Below, in pieces: positions 10,452 to 19,648 of a stretch of 63,474 nucleotides of DNA. Source of the DNA: Congzhengia sp. (lineage in GTDB: Bacteria > Bacillota > Clostridia > UBA1381 > UBA9506); assembly GCA_045534535.1 (NCBI GenBank), contig JAZSJX010000024.1:1-63474 (forward strand), given 5' to 3'. Within the stretch, counting starts at the first letter, position 1. The number at the start of each line of letters is the position of its first letter. The translations under genes and the position numbers were made by a program. The notes under the pieces were generated by a model that did not search any database, had not been told where the DNA came from, and saw only the letters and a list, made by a program, of their open reading frames with translations.

Positions 10452-10727
10452 TTACTGCTCCTTATGTTTTGCGAAGCATTCACTGCAATATACAGGACGG
10501 TCTTCTTTTGGCTCAAAAGGAACCTGAGCCTCTTTACCGCAATCAGCACAGATAGCTGTGTGCATTTCTCTGTTCTGTCTTGCACTGTTTTTTCTGGCAA
10601 TTCTGCATTCTTTGCAACGGCTTGGCTCATTTTCAAAGCCTTTTTCAGCATAGAATTCCTGTTCACCTGCGGTAAACACAAACTCAGCGCCGCAATCTTT
10701 GCATACCAATGTTTTGTCTTCGTACAT
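10452..10727 (-). CDS. Zinc-ribbon / CxxC-x17-CxxC domain protein
   Basis: CKDC...FTAGEQEFYAEKGF...CKEC followed by CADC-x17-CSEC. Confidence 0.9.
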   Translation of the reverse strand: MYEDKTLVCKDCGAEFVFTAGEQEFYAEKGFENEPSRCKECRIARKNSARQNREMHTAICADCGKEAQVPFEPKEDRPVYCSECFAKHKEQ

Positions 10728-10792
10728 TAAAAATCCCTCTCTTTAAAAAAAATAAAATTTATTGTAAGCTTTAAAGCCTGCAAACATATGTG

Positions 10793-11407
10793 TTAAACAG
10801 AAAGATATTTTTCAATCTTCTTTTTAATGCGATACAATGCATTATCAATCGCCTTCGGCTCTTTTTCCAATGCCTTAGCAATCTTTCTATAGGATGCACC
10901 GCCAAGATAAAGGTTTAAGACCTCATTTTCAAATTTGCTAAGAAAGCCGCTTATTTCAAGCTCCATCCCTTCAGCATCCTCTTTTTCAATCATAATACTT
11001 TCGGGGTTTATGTTCTTTAAATCAACTAAAATGCTTTTTGTGTCCTCTAAATACTCGTCATCTTCAGAACTATGTATCGGCACATAATGATTAAGCGGAC
11101 TGTTCTTCTTTCTTGTTGAAAGCTTTACCGCCGTAATCATCTGCCTTACAACACAGACGCCTGCAAATGTCTTAAAATTTGCTCTTTTATTAACATCAAA
11201 GGATTTTACCGCCTTATAAAGGCCTATCAAACCCTCCTGAACTAAATCGTCCTTGTCTGCTCCAACTAGAAAATAAGGACCCGAACGCATCTTGACAAAG
11301 CTTGTATACTTTCTCAAAATGTACTCCATTGCCTTTTTGTCCCCTGCCTGAGCATAGGCTACAATCTGTTCATCAGTGAGCTTCTCATATTGTAAATTGT
11401 TTGCCAA
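10793..11407 (-). CDS. sigH: RNA polymerase sigma factor SigH
   Basis: YFLVGADKDDLVQEGLIGLYKA, FKTFA..C..RQMITAVK, KAIDNALYRIKKK; start probably TTG 11407 or GTG 11416 rather than 11473. Confidence 0.9.
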   Translation of the reverse strand: MANNLQYEKLTDEQIVAYAQAGDKKAMEYILRKYTSFVKMRSGPYFLVGADKDDLVQEGLIGLYKAVKSFDVNKRANFKTFAGVCVVRQMITAVKLSTRKKNSPLNHYVPIHSSEDDEYLEDTKSILVDLKNINPESIMIEKEDAEGMELEISGFLSKFENEVLNLYLGGASYRKIAKALEKEPKAIDNALYRIKKKIEKYLSV

Positions 11408-11531
11408 AGATTTCACAATCCTATCTTTTCGACAATAAGCATAAAGTACACGCTTATTGTAATTATATTCCAATTATTGTATTTAATCAAGTACTTTCTT
11501 TGATTTGGTAAATTTTTGGTACAAATTACCA

Positions 11532-12452
11532 TTATATACCCTCTAATTTGTGTAAAATGCACATAAAATCAGGTGGAACCTCACTATTATATTCAACATA
11601 TTGCCCTAATGACGGATGAATAAATCCTAATTTTCTTGCGTGAAGAAGCTGCCCTTTTATTCCATATTTTTTTGCGGTTTTGTCCTCTTTAAGCCCGTAA
11701 ACCGTATCTCCTACAATGGCTTTGCCAAGAGATTTTAAATGCACACGAATCTGGTGTGTTCTCCCCGTTTCAAGCACGCATTTTAAAAGAGTAAAACCTG
11801 AAAAACGCTTTTCAACATAAAAATGAGTTATGGCTTCTCTTCCGTCTTTAACATTCCAGGACATTTTCTTTCTGTCTTTTACATCCCTTCCAATAGGCTT
11901 ATCAACAGTAAGCTCGTCCCAACCTACACTTCCGTGAATTAAACAAACATACTCACGCTTAACACTGTGCTCTTTTATTTGTTCAGCAAGCGATAAATGT
12001 GCCTCATTATTTTTTGCAACCACTAAAATTCCGCTTGTATCCTTGTCAATTCTGTGCACAATCCCCGGTCGTATCACTCCGTTTATGGCAGAGAGGTTTC
12101 CTTTTGTGTGATACATAAGGGCATTAACTAATGTGCCGTCATAGTTTCCGGCAGCTGGGTGAACAACCATACCTTGCGGTTTATTTACAACAATTATGTC
12201 TCTATCTTCATAGATAATATCGAGCGGTATATTCTGAGGCTCCGCATTAACAATACGAGGCTCGGGCAAAGATACCCGGACCTCGTCATTTTGTCTTATT
12301 TTGTAGTTTTTCGTCAATACATCGCCGTTAACAGTTATAAAGCCATCGTCTAACAGCTTTTGAACCGCAGAGCGTGTCATATTTAATTTTTCGGATACAA
12401 ACACATCCAAACGAAGCCCGATATCTTCTGTAAGAGCCTCAATTTTCTCCAT
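11532..12452 (-). CDS. rluD: RluA/RluD family pseudouridine synthase
   Basis: N-terminal S4 domain, NKPQGMVVHP, HRIDKDTSG, GRTHQIRVH; follows lspA. Confidence 0.92.
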   Translation of the reverse strand: MEKIEALTEDIGLRLDVFVSEKLNMTRSAVQKLLDDGFITVNGDVLTKNYKIRQNDEVRVSLPEPRIVNAEPQNIPLDIIYEDRDIIVVNKPQGMVVHPAAGNYDGTLVNALMYHTKGNLSAINGVIRPGIVHRIDKDTSGILVVAKNNEAHLSLAEQIKEHSVKREYVCLIHGSVGWDELTVDKPIGRDVKDRKKMSWNVKDGREAITHFYVEKRFSGFTLLKCVLETGRTHQIRVHLKSLGKAIVGDTVYGLKEDKTAKKYGIKGQLLHARKLGFIHPSLGQYVEYNSEVPPDFMCILHKLEGI

Positions 12453-12912
12453 CAGTCTGCTCCTTTTTTTCGCTGTAAAATATAATGTATACTGCAAAAA
12501 TAATTGCACCTACCGTAACAAAGCAATCGGCAATATTAAAAATAGGGAAATCAATCAGGCAAAAATCTAAAAAATCCACAACATAGCCCAATCTTATGCG
12601 GTCAATCAAATTCCCGACCGCACCGCCTATCAAAAATGTTATGCCCGTCATTAAAAGCTTGTTTTTCGGGCGTTTTACTGTTACATACCACATAGCTACA
12701 GCAACAATTATCATTGTAACTATTGACAAAAGATGTGTATGGTTTGCAAAAACACCAAACCCCGCACCGGGATTTTCGCAGTATGTCAGATGAAATATAT
12801 TTTCTATAATAGGGATTGTTCCTAAATCCTTAAGATAAGCAACCGTAAAGAACTTTGCAATCTGGTCAAGCACCGTAATTACCAATACACCAACAAAAAA
12901 TGGTACTATCAC
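12439..12912 (-). CDS. lspA: Lipoprotein signal peptidase II
   Basis: DQIAK, NPGAGFG, GGAVGNLIDR, VVDF, FNIAD. Confidence 0.96.
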   Translation of the reverse strand: MIVPFFVGVLVITVLDQIAKFFTVAYLKDLGTIPIIENIFHLTYCENPGAGFGVFANHTHLLSIVTMIIVAVAMWYVTVKRPKNKLLMTGITFLIGGAVGNLIDRIRLGYVVDFLDFCLIDFPIFNIADCFVTVGAIIFAVYIIFYSEKKEQTDGEN

Positions 12913-12916
12913 CTGA

Positions 12917-15715
12917 TTAGTCCTCCTTTAAAACGCTTGCACAACGGGTGCAAAGTGTAGGATGAGCCTGACTTTCGCCAACAGTTTTACTAAACATCCA
13001 GCATCTTTCACACTTTTCGCCCTCTGCCTGTGATACCTTTACCTTAATGCCTGTTTCTCCTTCGTGGCATTCGCCGTTTGCAAAAGACATCGCCTTTACA
13101 GAAACATCAGATACTATAAAGTAGGTAATAAGCTCTTTTTCCATATTAGATAACAGGTCGAAAAGCTCGCCGTCTGCAAAAATCTCAACCTTTGCACCTA
13201 ATGAGTGTCCTATAACCTTAGCTCCTCTTGCAGTTTCCAACGCTTTAGATACATCTGCCTTAACAGCTAAAATCTTATCCCATTTAGCTTCAAATGCATC
13301 GTCATAAAGCTCAGGTGTAGGCTTTGGCATTTCGTTCATTAACACGAACTCTTCCTTTTCGCCGTCAATATGTGGCATAAACGACCAGATTTCCTCTGAT
13401 GTGTATGCCAAAACAGGTGCCAATAATCTTACTAAAGCGTTTAAGATTTTGTACATAACAGTCTGTGCACCGCGACGCTCAACACCGTCTGCCTTTTCAG
13501 CGTAAAGTCTGTCTTTTATAACATCTAAATAGAAGTTACTCATATCAACAATACAGAAATTGTGAATAGCGTGCTGAACGATGTGGAAATCGTAGCTTCT
13601 GTATGCAGCCAGAACCTTTTCAACAAGCTTTGATAAACGAATAAGTGCCCATCTGTCAATCTCTGAAAGTTTTTCTACATCTACCATATCCTTATTAGGA
13701 TTAAAGTCGTGAATGTTACCTAAGATATATCTTGCTGTGTTTCTGATTTTACGATATGACTCTGAAAGCTGTTTTAAGATACCGTCAGAAATTCTCATAT
13801 CTGTTTTATAGTCGGCAGACACAACCCAGAGTCTTAAAAGGTCTGCGCCGTACTTGTCTATAATATCCTGCGGACTGATACCATTGCCCTTTGATTTTGA
13901 CATCTTGTCGCCCGACTCGTCAACAATCATACCGTGTGTAATAACTGTCTTATATGGTGCTTCGCCTCGAGCAGCAATTGATGTTAAAAGTGATGACTGG
14001 AACCAACCACGATACTGGTCATTACCCTCTAAATAGAGGTCGGCAGGGAATCTTAGGCCTGGTTTTACATCTAAAACGCCTGCGTGGCTTGAACCCGAGT
14101 CAAACCAAACATCCATGATGTCATTTTCTTTTGTAAATTCTGTGCATCCGCACTCTTGGCATTTTGTACCGGCAGGCAAAATATCCTTTGCGTCTGTTTC
14201 ATACCAGGAAGTTGAACCTTTTTCGGCAAAAAGCTTAGAAACTGCCTTTATCGACTCTTCTGTTATAATTTCTTTTCCGCAATCCTTACAGTAGAATATC
14301 GGGATAGGAACACCCCATGTTCTCTGTCTTGAAATACACCAGTCGCTTCTGTCCTGAACCATTCCTGTAATTCTGTCTTCGCCCCATTTAGGAATCCAGT
14401 TTACTTTTTTGATTGCTTCAACTGCGGCGTCTTTAATATCGTCAACCGATGCAAACCACTGTTCTGTAGCACGGAATACTATCGGCTTATGACATCTCCA
14501 GCAATGCGGATACTGGTGGATAATTTCTTCGATTGCATATAAAGCGTTTAACTCTTTTAGTTTTTCTATAATTTTTTCGTTTGATTTTTCGTAATATAAA
14601 CCTGCAAATTCGCCTGCAAGCTCGTTTAAATATCCCTTGCCGTCAACAGGAACGATAATTGGAATGTCCTTGTAATTTCTGCAAGCAACATAGTCCTCTG
14701 CACCATGACCGGGTGCTGTATGAACGCAGCCCGTACCTGCATCTAATGTTACATGGTCGCCCACTATAACTAAAGACTCACGGTCAATGAATGGATGAGC
14801 ACACTTAATAAGCTCAAGCTCTTTTCCTGTATACTCAGAAACGATTTCATAGTCAGAAATCTTTCCTGCATTCATAACATTTTCAATAAGCTCCCTTGCA
14901 ATTACCAGGTATTCGCCGTTAGCTTTAACCAATGCGTAGGTAAAGTCAGGATTTAGCGCTATTGCGACATTACCGGGAAGTGTCCAGGTAGTTGTTGTCC
15001 ATATAACAAAATAAATATCCTTAATATCAATGCCTGTGCTACCAAACACACCGTTGTCGTCAGATACCCTAAACTTTACATAAATTGAGTTCGTCTTATC
15101 CTCTTCGTACTCAATTTCAGCCTCAGCCAAAGCGGTTTCGCAATCCGTACACCAATAAATTGGCTTTAAACCCTTATAGATGTAGCCTCTCTTTGCCATT
15201 TCGCCAAAGATTTCAATCTGCTTTGCTTCAAACTTAGGGTCTAAGGTAATATAAGAATTGTCCCAATCGCCAAGTGTTCCCAAGCGTTTTATCTGACTCT
15301 TCTGATTTTCTACCTGAGACAGAGCAAAATCACGGCATGTATCACGGAACTTAACAACGCCAACCTCGTGTCTGTTAATACCAAGCATTTTAATAGCCTG
15401 TCTTTCAATAGGAAGACCATGGGTATCCCAACCATGAATGTATGGTGCCTTAAAGCCATCCATATTCTTAAATCTTGTTATAACATCCTTTAAGGTTTTG
15501 TTTAAAGCGTGTCCCATATGCATATTTCCGTTTGCGTATGGAGGGCCGTCGTGTAGTATGAAAAGTGGTTTTCCCTCATTGTTTTCCATAAGCTTTTCAT
15601 ACATATTTTTATCTTGCCATTTTTCTAAAATTTCAGGCTCTCTCTGCGGTAGGTTTGCACGCATCGGGAACTCTGTTTCTGGCAAGCATAATGTCTTTCC
15701 GTAATCTTCTGCCAT
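12917..15715 (-). CDS. ileS: Isoleucine--tRNA ligase
   Basis: HDGPPYANG, GWDTHGLPIE, GTGCVHTAPGHG, KMSKS, C-terminal zinc finger CERCW..CTRC. Confidence 0.99.
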   Translation of the reverse strand: MAEDYGKTLCLPETEFPMRANLPQREPEILEKWQDKNMYEKLMENNEGKPLFILHDGPPYANGNMHMGHALNKTLKDVITRFKNMDGFKAPYIHGWDTHGLPIERQAIKMLGINRHEVGVVKFRDTCRDFALSQVENQKSQIKRLGTLGDWDNSYITLDPKFEAKQIEIFGEMAKRGYIYKGLKPIYWCTDCETALAEAEIEYEEDKTNSIYVKFRVSDDNGVFGSTGIDIKDIYFVIWTTTTWTLPGNVAIALNPDFTYALVKANGEYLVIARELIENVMNAGKISDYEIVSEYTGKELELIKCAHPFIDRESLVIVGDHVTLDAGTGCVHTAPGHGAEDYVACRNYKDIPIIVPVDGKGYLNELAGEFAGLYYEKSNEKIIEKLKELNALYAIEEIIHQYPHCWRCHKPIVFRATEQWFASVDDIKDAAVEAIKKVNWIPKWGEDRITGMVQDRSDWCISRQRTWGVPIPIFYCKDCGKEIITEESIKAVSKLFAEKGSTSWYETDAKDILPAGTKCQECGCTEFTKENDIMDVWFDSGSSHAGVLDVKPGLRFPADLYLEGNDQYRGWFQSSLLTSIAARGEAPYKTVITHGMIVDESGDKMSKSKGNGISPQDIIDKYGADLLRLWVVSADYKTDMRISDGILKQLSESYRKIRNTARYILGNIHDFNPNKDMVDVEKLSEIDRWALIRLSKLVEKVLAAYRSYDFHIVQHAIHNFCIVDMSNFYLDVIKDRLYAEKADGVERRGAQTVMYKILNALVRLLAPVLAYTSEEIWSFMPHIDGEKEEFVLMNEMPKPTPELYDDAFEAKWDKILAVKADVSKALETARGAKVIGHSLGAKVEIFADGELFDLLSNMEKELITYFIVSDVSVKAMSFANGECHEGETGIKVKVSQAEGEKCERCWMFSKTVGESQAHPTLCTRCASVLKED

Positions 15716-15788
15716 TTTTATATCTCTCCTAACTGTGGTAACTGTTTATGCTAAAAAATATTCTGAAAATATTTAATAAATTACTTGT

Positions 15789-16304
15789 TTACTCTTCTTC
15801 TTGGGGAAGCTCTTCTTTAAACTCACGCGTAATTCTTTCAACACGCTTTGTTTCCATTTTTTCTTCGGGAAGCTCATCCAACATCTGAAGATATGTATTC
15901 AGTACTGTACGAAGCTTTGCACGAAGAAGACTTGAGCGTCCCTCGATTTCCGCACACTCGCGGTTTAATTTCTGGATTTGGCTATCCATTTCATTTAAAA
16001 TTTCCTGAGCACGAACCTTTGCGTCCTTTATAATTACATCCGCCTGTTCGTTTGCGCTTTTTATAATTTCTTCACTCGTTCTCTGCGCTGTAATTATAGC
16101 ACTGCGCATGGTTTCCTCCATGCCCTTATAGTTTTCAACTGCATCGTTTAATATTGCATTTTTATCCTTTAAACTTGCGTTTTCGCGATAAATTCTGCTA
16201 TAGTCCTTAATGAGCTCCTCTAAAAAGCTTTCAACCTCTTCAACATTGTAGCCGTTAAAGCTCTTTTTAAACTCTTTGTTTTCTAAATCTACCGGTGTAA
16301 TCAT
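15789..16304 (-). CDS. divIVA: DivIVA domain protein
   Basis: MITPVDLENKEFKKSFNGYNVEEVESFL then coiled coil; upstream of ileS. Confidence 0.92.
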   Translation of the reverse strand: MITPVDLENKEFKKSFNGYNVEEVESFLEELIKDYSRIYRENASLKDKNAILNDAVENYKGMEETMRSAIITAQRTSEEIIKSANEQADVIIKDAKVRAQEILNEMDSQIQKLNRECAEIEGRSSLLRAKLRTVLNTYLQMLDELPEEKMETKRVERITREFKEELPQEEE

Positions 16305-16364
16305 AGAGTGCCCCTCCCCTTAAATTTTAAATTATAAGCACACTTTAAACTGTGTGCCAGACCC

Positions 16365-17126
16365 TTAAACAAATTTTTTGATTATAATTGCAAGTCTTCC
16401 TTTTTTCGTTTCGCCGTCAACACTTTCCAAAACATATCGTCCGTGGTGCTTAACTGACACAACATCTCCCTCTGAAAGCTTTTTTGAGGTGTCTTTATAC
16501 ACGCAAAAGTTTACACTTACATTTTCTGCACCTATTGCATTTGATGCCTCGCTTCTTGAAAATCCCGTCATAGAACAAACTACGGCGTCAAGCCGCAGTG
16601 ATGAAACTACACGGCGTTCCAAAACAAAAGCGTGAGTTAAAGAAATTTTTGTGTTTTCATCTAAAACCGAAACCTCCACCTTTTTTCTGCCTACGGTTTT
16701 TAAATTAAACAGCAAAAAATCCCTGATACTGTCATCGCACATTAAAACAGCTATATTTTCATCAACAAAAATATCGCCTGTCATCTCACGCTTTATTCCA
16801 AGTCCTAAAACCGAACCTAAAATATCGCGGTGCGTCATACCGGAAACATTTTCTATCAAAAGCGGCGTAATAGGAAAATCTTCATTTGTCCCTTCTAAAA
16901 AATCAGGGAAAAAGCCAATCATATTACGCTCTGTATCATCCGCCCCGCCAAAAATCTTAACGGAAACAAAGGGGGATGGTTTAAAATGTGTTTTAAAAAT
17001 CGCCAAATCGTGAGGGGTTACAAAACGAGAAAAACGAACACTCTTATACCGAAGTACAGATTGTTCGAAATCCTCACATCTTGAAAGCCATTCATTATCG
17101 GCTGATATACCTGACTTTACTGACAC
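16365..17126 (-). CDS. ylmH: YlmH/Sll1252 family S4 RNA-binding protein
   Basis: HRDILGSVLGLGIKRE, SLRLD, TKKGR. Confidence 0.9.
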   Translation of the reverse strand: MSVKSGISADNEWLSRCEDFEQSVLRYKSVRFSRFVTPHDLAIFKTHFKPSPFVSVKIFGGADDTERNMIGFFPDFLEGTNEDFPITPLLIENVSGMTHRDILGSVLGLGIKREMTGDIFVDENIAVLMCDDSIRDFLLFNLKTVGRKKVEVSVLDENTKISLTHAFVLERRVVSSLRLDAVVCSMTGFSRSEASNAIGAENVSVNFCVYKDTSKKLSEGDVVSVKHHGRYVLESVDGETKKGRLAIIIKKFV

Positions 17127-17127
17127 C

Positions 17128-17553
17128 TTAGTTTACAAAAGGAAAACCTTTGATGTTGTCCTGATAGTTGCCAGTAACTTCAACATTGCTTGGTGTAATT
17201 AAAAAGATTCTGTTAGAAATATTCTGGATTCTTCCTGTAACACCATAAACTGCACCTGATAAAAAGTCAACAACTCTTCTTGTTGTGTCGTTATCAAGCT
17301 TTTCTAAGTTTGCAACAACAGGTTTTTTGTTTTTAAGGTGGTCTGCAGCATCTTTTGCATCATCAAAATTCTGGAACTGAATCACAACAACCTTAGAAGG
17401 TGCACTTCCGGGAATAGATGATACCTTCGCTTTTTTACCAAAAGGCAAGAAAGGCTCTACCGCTACTTCTTCCTCTTCTATTTCTTCTAATATTTCCTCG
17501 TCCTCTTCCTCAGCTATGCCTATCCATTTAAGCATTTTGTTCATTGTGCTCAT
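17128..17553 (-). CDS. sepF: Cell division protein SepF
   Basis: ADHLK..KPVVANL, RRVVDFLSGAVY, FLITP. Confidence 0.93.
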   Translation of the reverse strand: MSTMNKMLKWIGIAEEEDEEILEEIEEEEVAVEPFLPFGKKAKVSSIPGSAPSKVVVIQFQNFDDAKDAADHLKNKKPVVANLEKLDNDTTRRVVDFLSGAVYGVTGRIQNISNRIFLITPSNVEVTGNYQDNIKGFPFVN

Positions 17554-17597
17554 AATTTTCCTCCTATGTAGATTACATATATTTTATTTTTTTAAGA

Positions 17598-18272
17598 CTA
17601 TTGAAACAGAGCGCTACCAATTCTTACCAAGGTTGCTCCCTCTAAAATGGCTTCATAAAAATCGCCACTCATGCCCATAGACAAATGTCCCATATTTATA
17701 TTATCGTATTTTTTCGCCGATATGTCAACTGCTAATTTATGTAAACCATAAAAAATTTTCCTAAGTTCATCAGAATTCGCACAAATAGGTGCCATTGTCA
17801 TAAGCCCCTGCACTTTGATATTTTTAAACTGCGAAAGGCTTTCTGCAAACAAAAACGCTTCTTCCGGTGTAATTCCTGACTTGCTTTCCTCGCCTGAAAC
17901 ATTTACCTGAATTAAAATTTCAGCCTGCCTTTTTGCTTCGCCGAAGCGTTTGTCAATCTCTTCTGCCAGGCGGATACTGTCAACAGAGTGAATCATCGAA
18001 ACCTTGTCAGCAATATACTTAACCTTATTGGTCTGCAAATGACCTATCAGGTGCCAGCAAGGTGTGTTCCCCAAAACATCAAACTTTTCCAAAAGGCTCT
18101 GCACCCTGTTTTCTCCGAGATTTGTAATCCCGCAATCCATAAGTTCTTTTGCCTTGTCAGCCGTTACAGTTTTTGTAACACCCACTAAAGTAATATCCTC
18201 AGGTTTTCTTCCTGACAAAGCTGCGGCCTCTTCAATTTTATTTAAAATTCGCTTTACATTATCTGAAATCAA
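17598..18272 (-). CDS. yggS: YggS family pyridoxal phosphate homeostasis protein
   Basis: VGVTKT, GENRVQ, WHLIGHLQTNK, LSMGMSGD, VRIGSALF; probable TTG start after GGGGAG. Confidence 0.95.
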   Translation of the reverse strand: MISDNVKRILNKIEEAAALSGRKPEDITLVGVTKTVTADKAKELMDCGITNLGENRVQSLLEKFDVLGNTPCWHLIGHLQTNKVKYIADKVSMIHSVDSIRLAEEIDKRFGEAKRQAEILIQVNVSGEESKSGITPEEAFLFAESLSQFKNIKVQGLMTMAPICANSDELRKIFYGLHKLAVDISAKKYDNINMGHLSMGMSGDFYEAILEGATLVRIGSALFQ

Positions 18273-18288
18273 GTAAAACTCCCCTTTT

Positions 18289-19521
18289 TTATCCTGCAAT
18301 AACTTTTCCGTCAGCAAACTCAGGTGCTGATGTTACAACCTCATCATACGCCTTAAGCGGTTTTTCACTGCTGGCATAGGTAACAATTGCTTCCTCTTCA
18401 GTGCTGTAAATAATAGTTACCGGAATAAACTTCATAACTGCACCACGCTTTATAAACAAGCCCACTGCATTATCGACCGTATGAAGATTATCAATGCTGA
18501 CCTTGTAACCGGAAACACTCTTTTTAACGAAATCAACATTTACTACTCGTTTTTCTAAAAGTCCTTCAACATGCGTGTTGCACTCAGACACTACAGTTAC
18601 AGTGCCGTCTTTATCCTTTTCGGAAATATATTTTATATGCGCAGGACAGTTTCCCGTTGCAAAATCTGTAAATCTTAAGCTCACACTGTCGCCCGTATTT
18701 AAGTCCTTGGCTAAAGACTCATCAATATTTACTGCAATGTAATAGGAATAATTATCTGCAATCTTGTATATATATGTTCCTTCTTCGACGGTTTCAACCT
18801 TGTCGTTTTTTTCATGGCTTACCGTTTCTTTTATAATATCAGGAGTAAGAGTTTCTATCGAGGCTACAGTAAGTGTATCCTCAAACCCATCCCTTCCCTC
18901 AATAAAAATTCCGGGCATATCCGATTGGATTACCTTTTGCAGACTGCCAAGCTTTGACTCTAAAGTTGATTTTTCTGCCTGAAGACGGGCAAGCTCGTTA
19001 GCAAAGCCTTCCTTTTCTCCTTTTGCCACTGCCTTCTGGTCAGCAAGCGTGCTTATATGATACTTGTATTTTGAAATTTCTTCCGTGTTTCTGTTAGATA
19101 CAAGAGAAATTATTTTATCAACATCGTTTGCTATTTCACTCTCAATTTTGGCAACATCATTTATGAAAATTGCATCTCCTGAGTGCCCTGCTTTTATTGC
19201 CTCTATTCTCTTGTTTATATCCGCAAGCTCAGATATTATATCTTCACCAACAGTGTCCTTGGTGCCACTGTAAAAAATTGCAAGAAGCTCGCCTTTTGAA
19301 ACCCTCTGCCCATTTTTAGCTAAAATTTCCGCAATTCCATCTACAGATACAGTATTGACTTTTTCATTTCTTATCAAAACACCTGAACATGTTGCCGCCT
19401 CTTCAATCTTGTCAGTCTGAAGCATTTCTACAATTACACGCGTTCCTATAAAACCGCGTATCATGTAAGCAATTACCAATACAACAAACAACACAACAGG
19501 TATCATCCACTTATTTTTCAT
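18289..19521 (-). CDS. HlyD/membrane-fusion-like adaptor protein
   Basis: N-terminal TM helix, barrel-sandwich-like G..VSKGELLA, central coiled coil, DGFE motif; no cognate transporter adjacent. Confidence 0.65.
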   Translation of the reverse strand: MKNKWMIPVVLFVVLVIAYMIRGFIGTRVIVEMLQTDKIEEAATCSGVLIRNEKVNTVSVDGIAEILAKNGQRVSKGELLAIFYSGTKDTVGEDIISELADINKRIEAIKAGHSGDAIFINDVAKIESEIANDVDKIISLVSNRNTEEISKYKYHISTLADQKAVAKGEKEGFANELARLQAEKSTLESKLGSLQKVIQSDMPGIFIEGRDGFEDTLTVASIETLTPDIIKETVSHEKNDKVETVEEGTYIYKIADNYSYYIAVNIDESLAKDLNTGDSVSLRFTDFATGNCPAHIKYISEKDKDGTVTVVSECNTHVEGLLEKRVVNVDFVKKSVSGYKVSIDNLHTVDNAVGLFIKRGAVMKFIPVTIIYSTEEEAIVTYASSEKPLKAYDEVVTSAPEFADGKVIAG

Positions 19522-19611
19522 ATTTTTCTCCTGTATGTTCGGCTCTAAAATATACATATATACCATTTTATCTATAATATCATACTTTGAGCAAATTTGC
19601 AACGATAAATA

Positions 19612-19645
19612 CAAAAAAAGATGACAAAAATGTCATCTTTTTTTG
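19612..19645. terminator. Intrinsic terminator after the LTA synthase-family gene
   Basis: CAAAAAAAGATGACA-AAAA-TGTCATCTTTTTTTG perfect inverted repeat with A/T tails. Confidence 0.8.
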
Positions 19646-19648
19646 TTG

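Noticed and set aside
10383-10730. ORFs 10383..10730 (+) and 10436..10681 (-)
   Set aside because: They overlap the well-supported zinc-ribbon gene in other frames and show no motifs.
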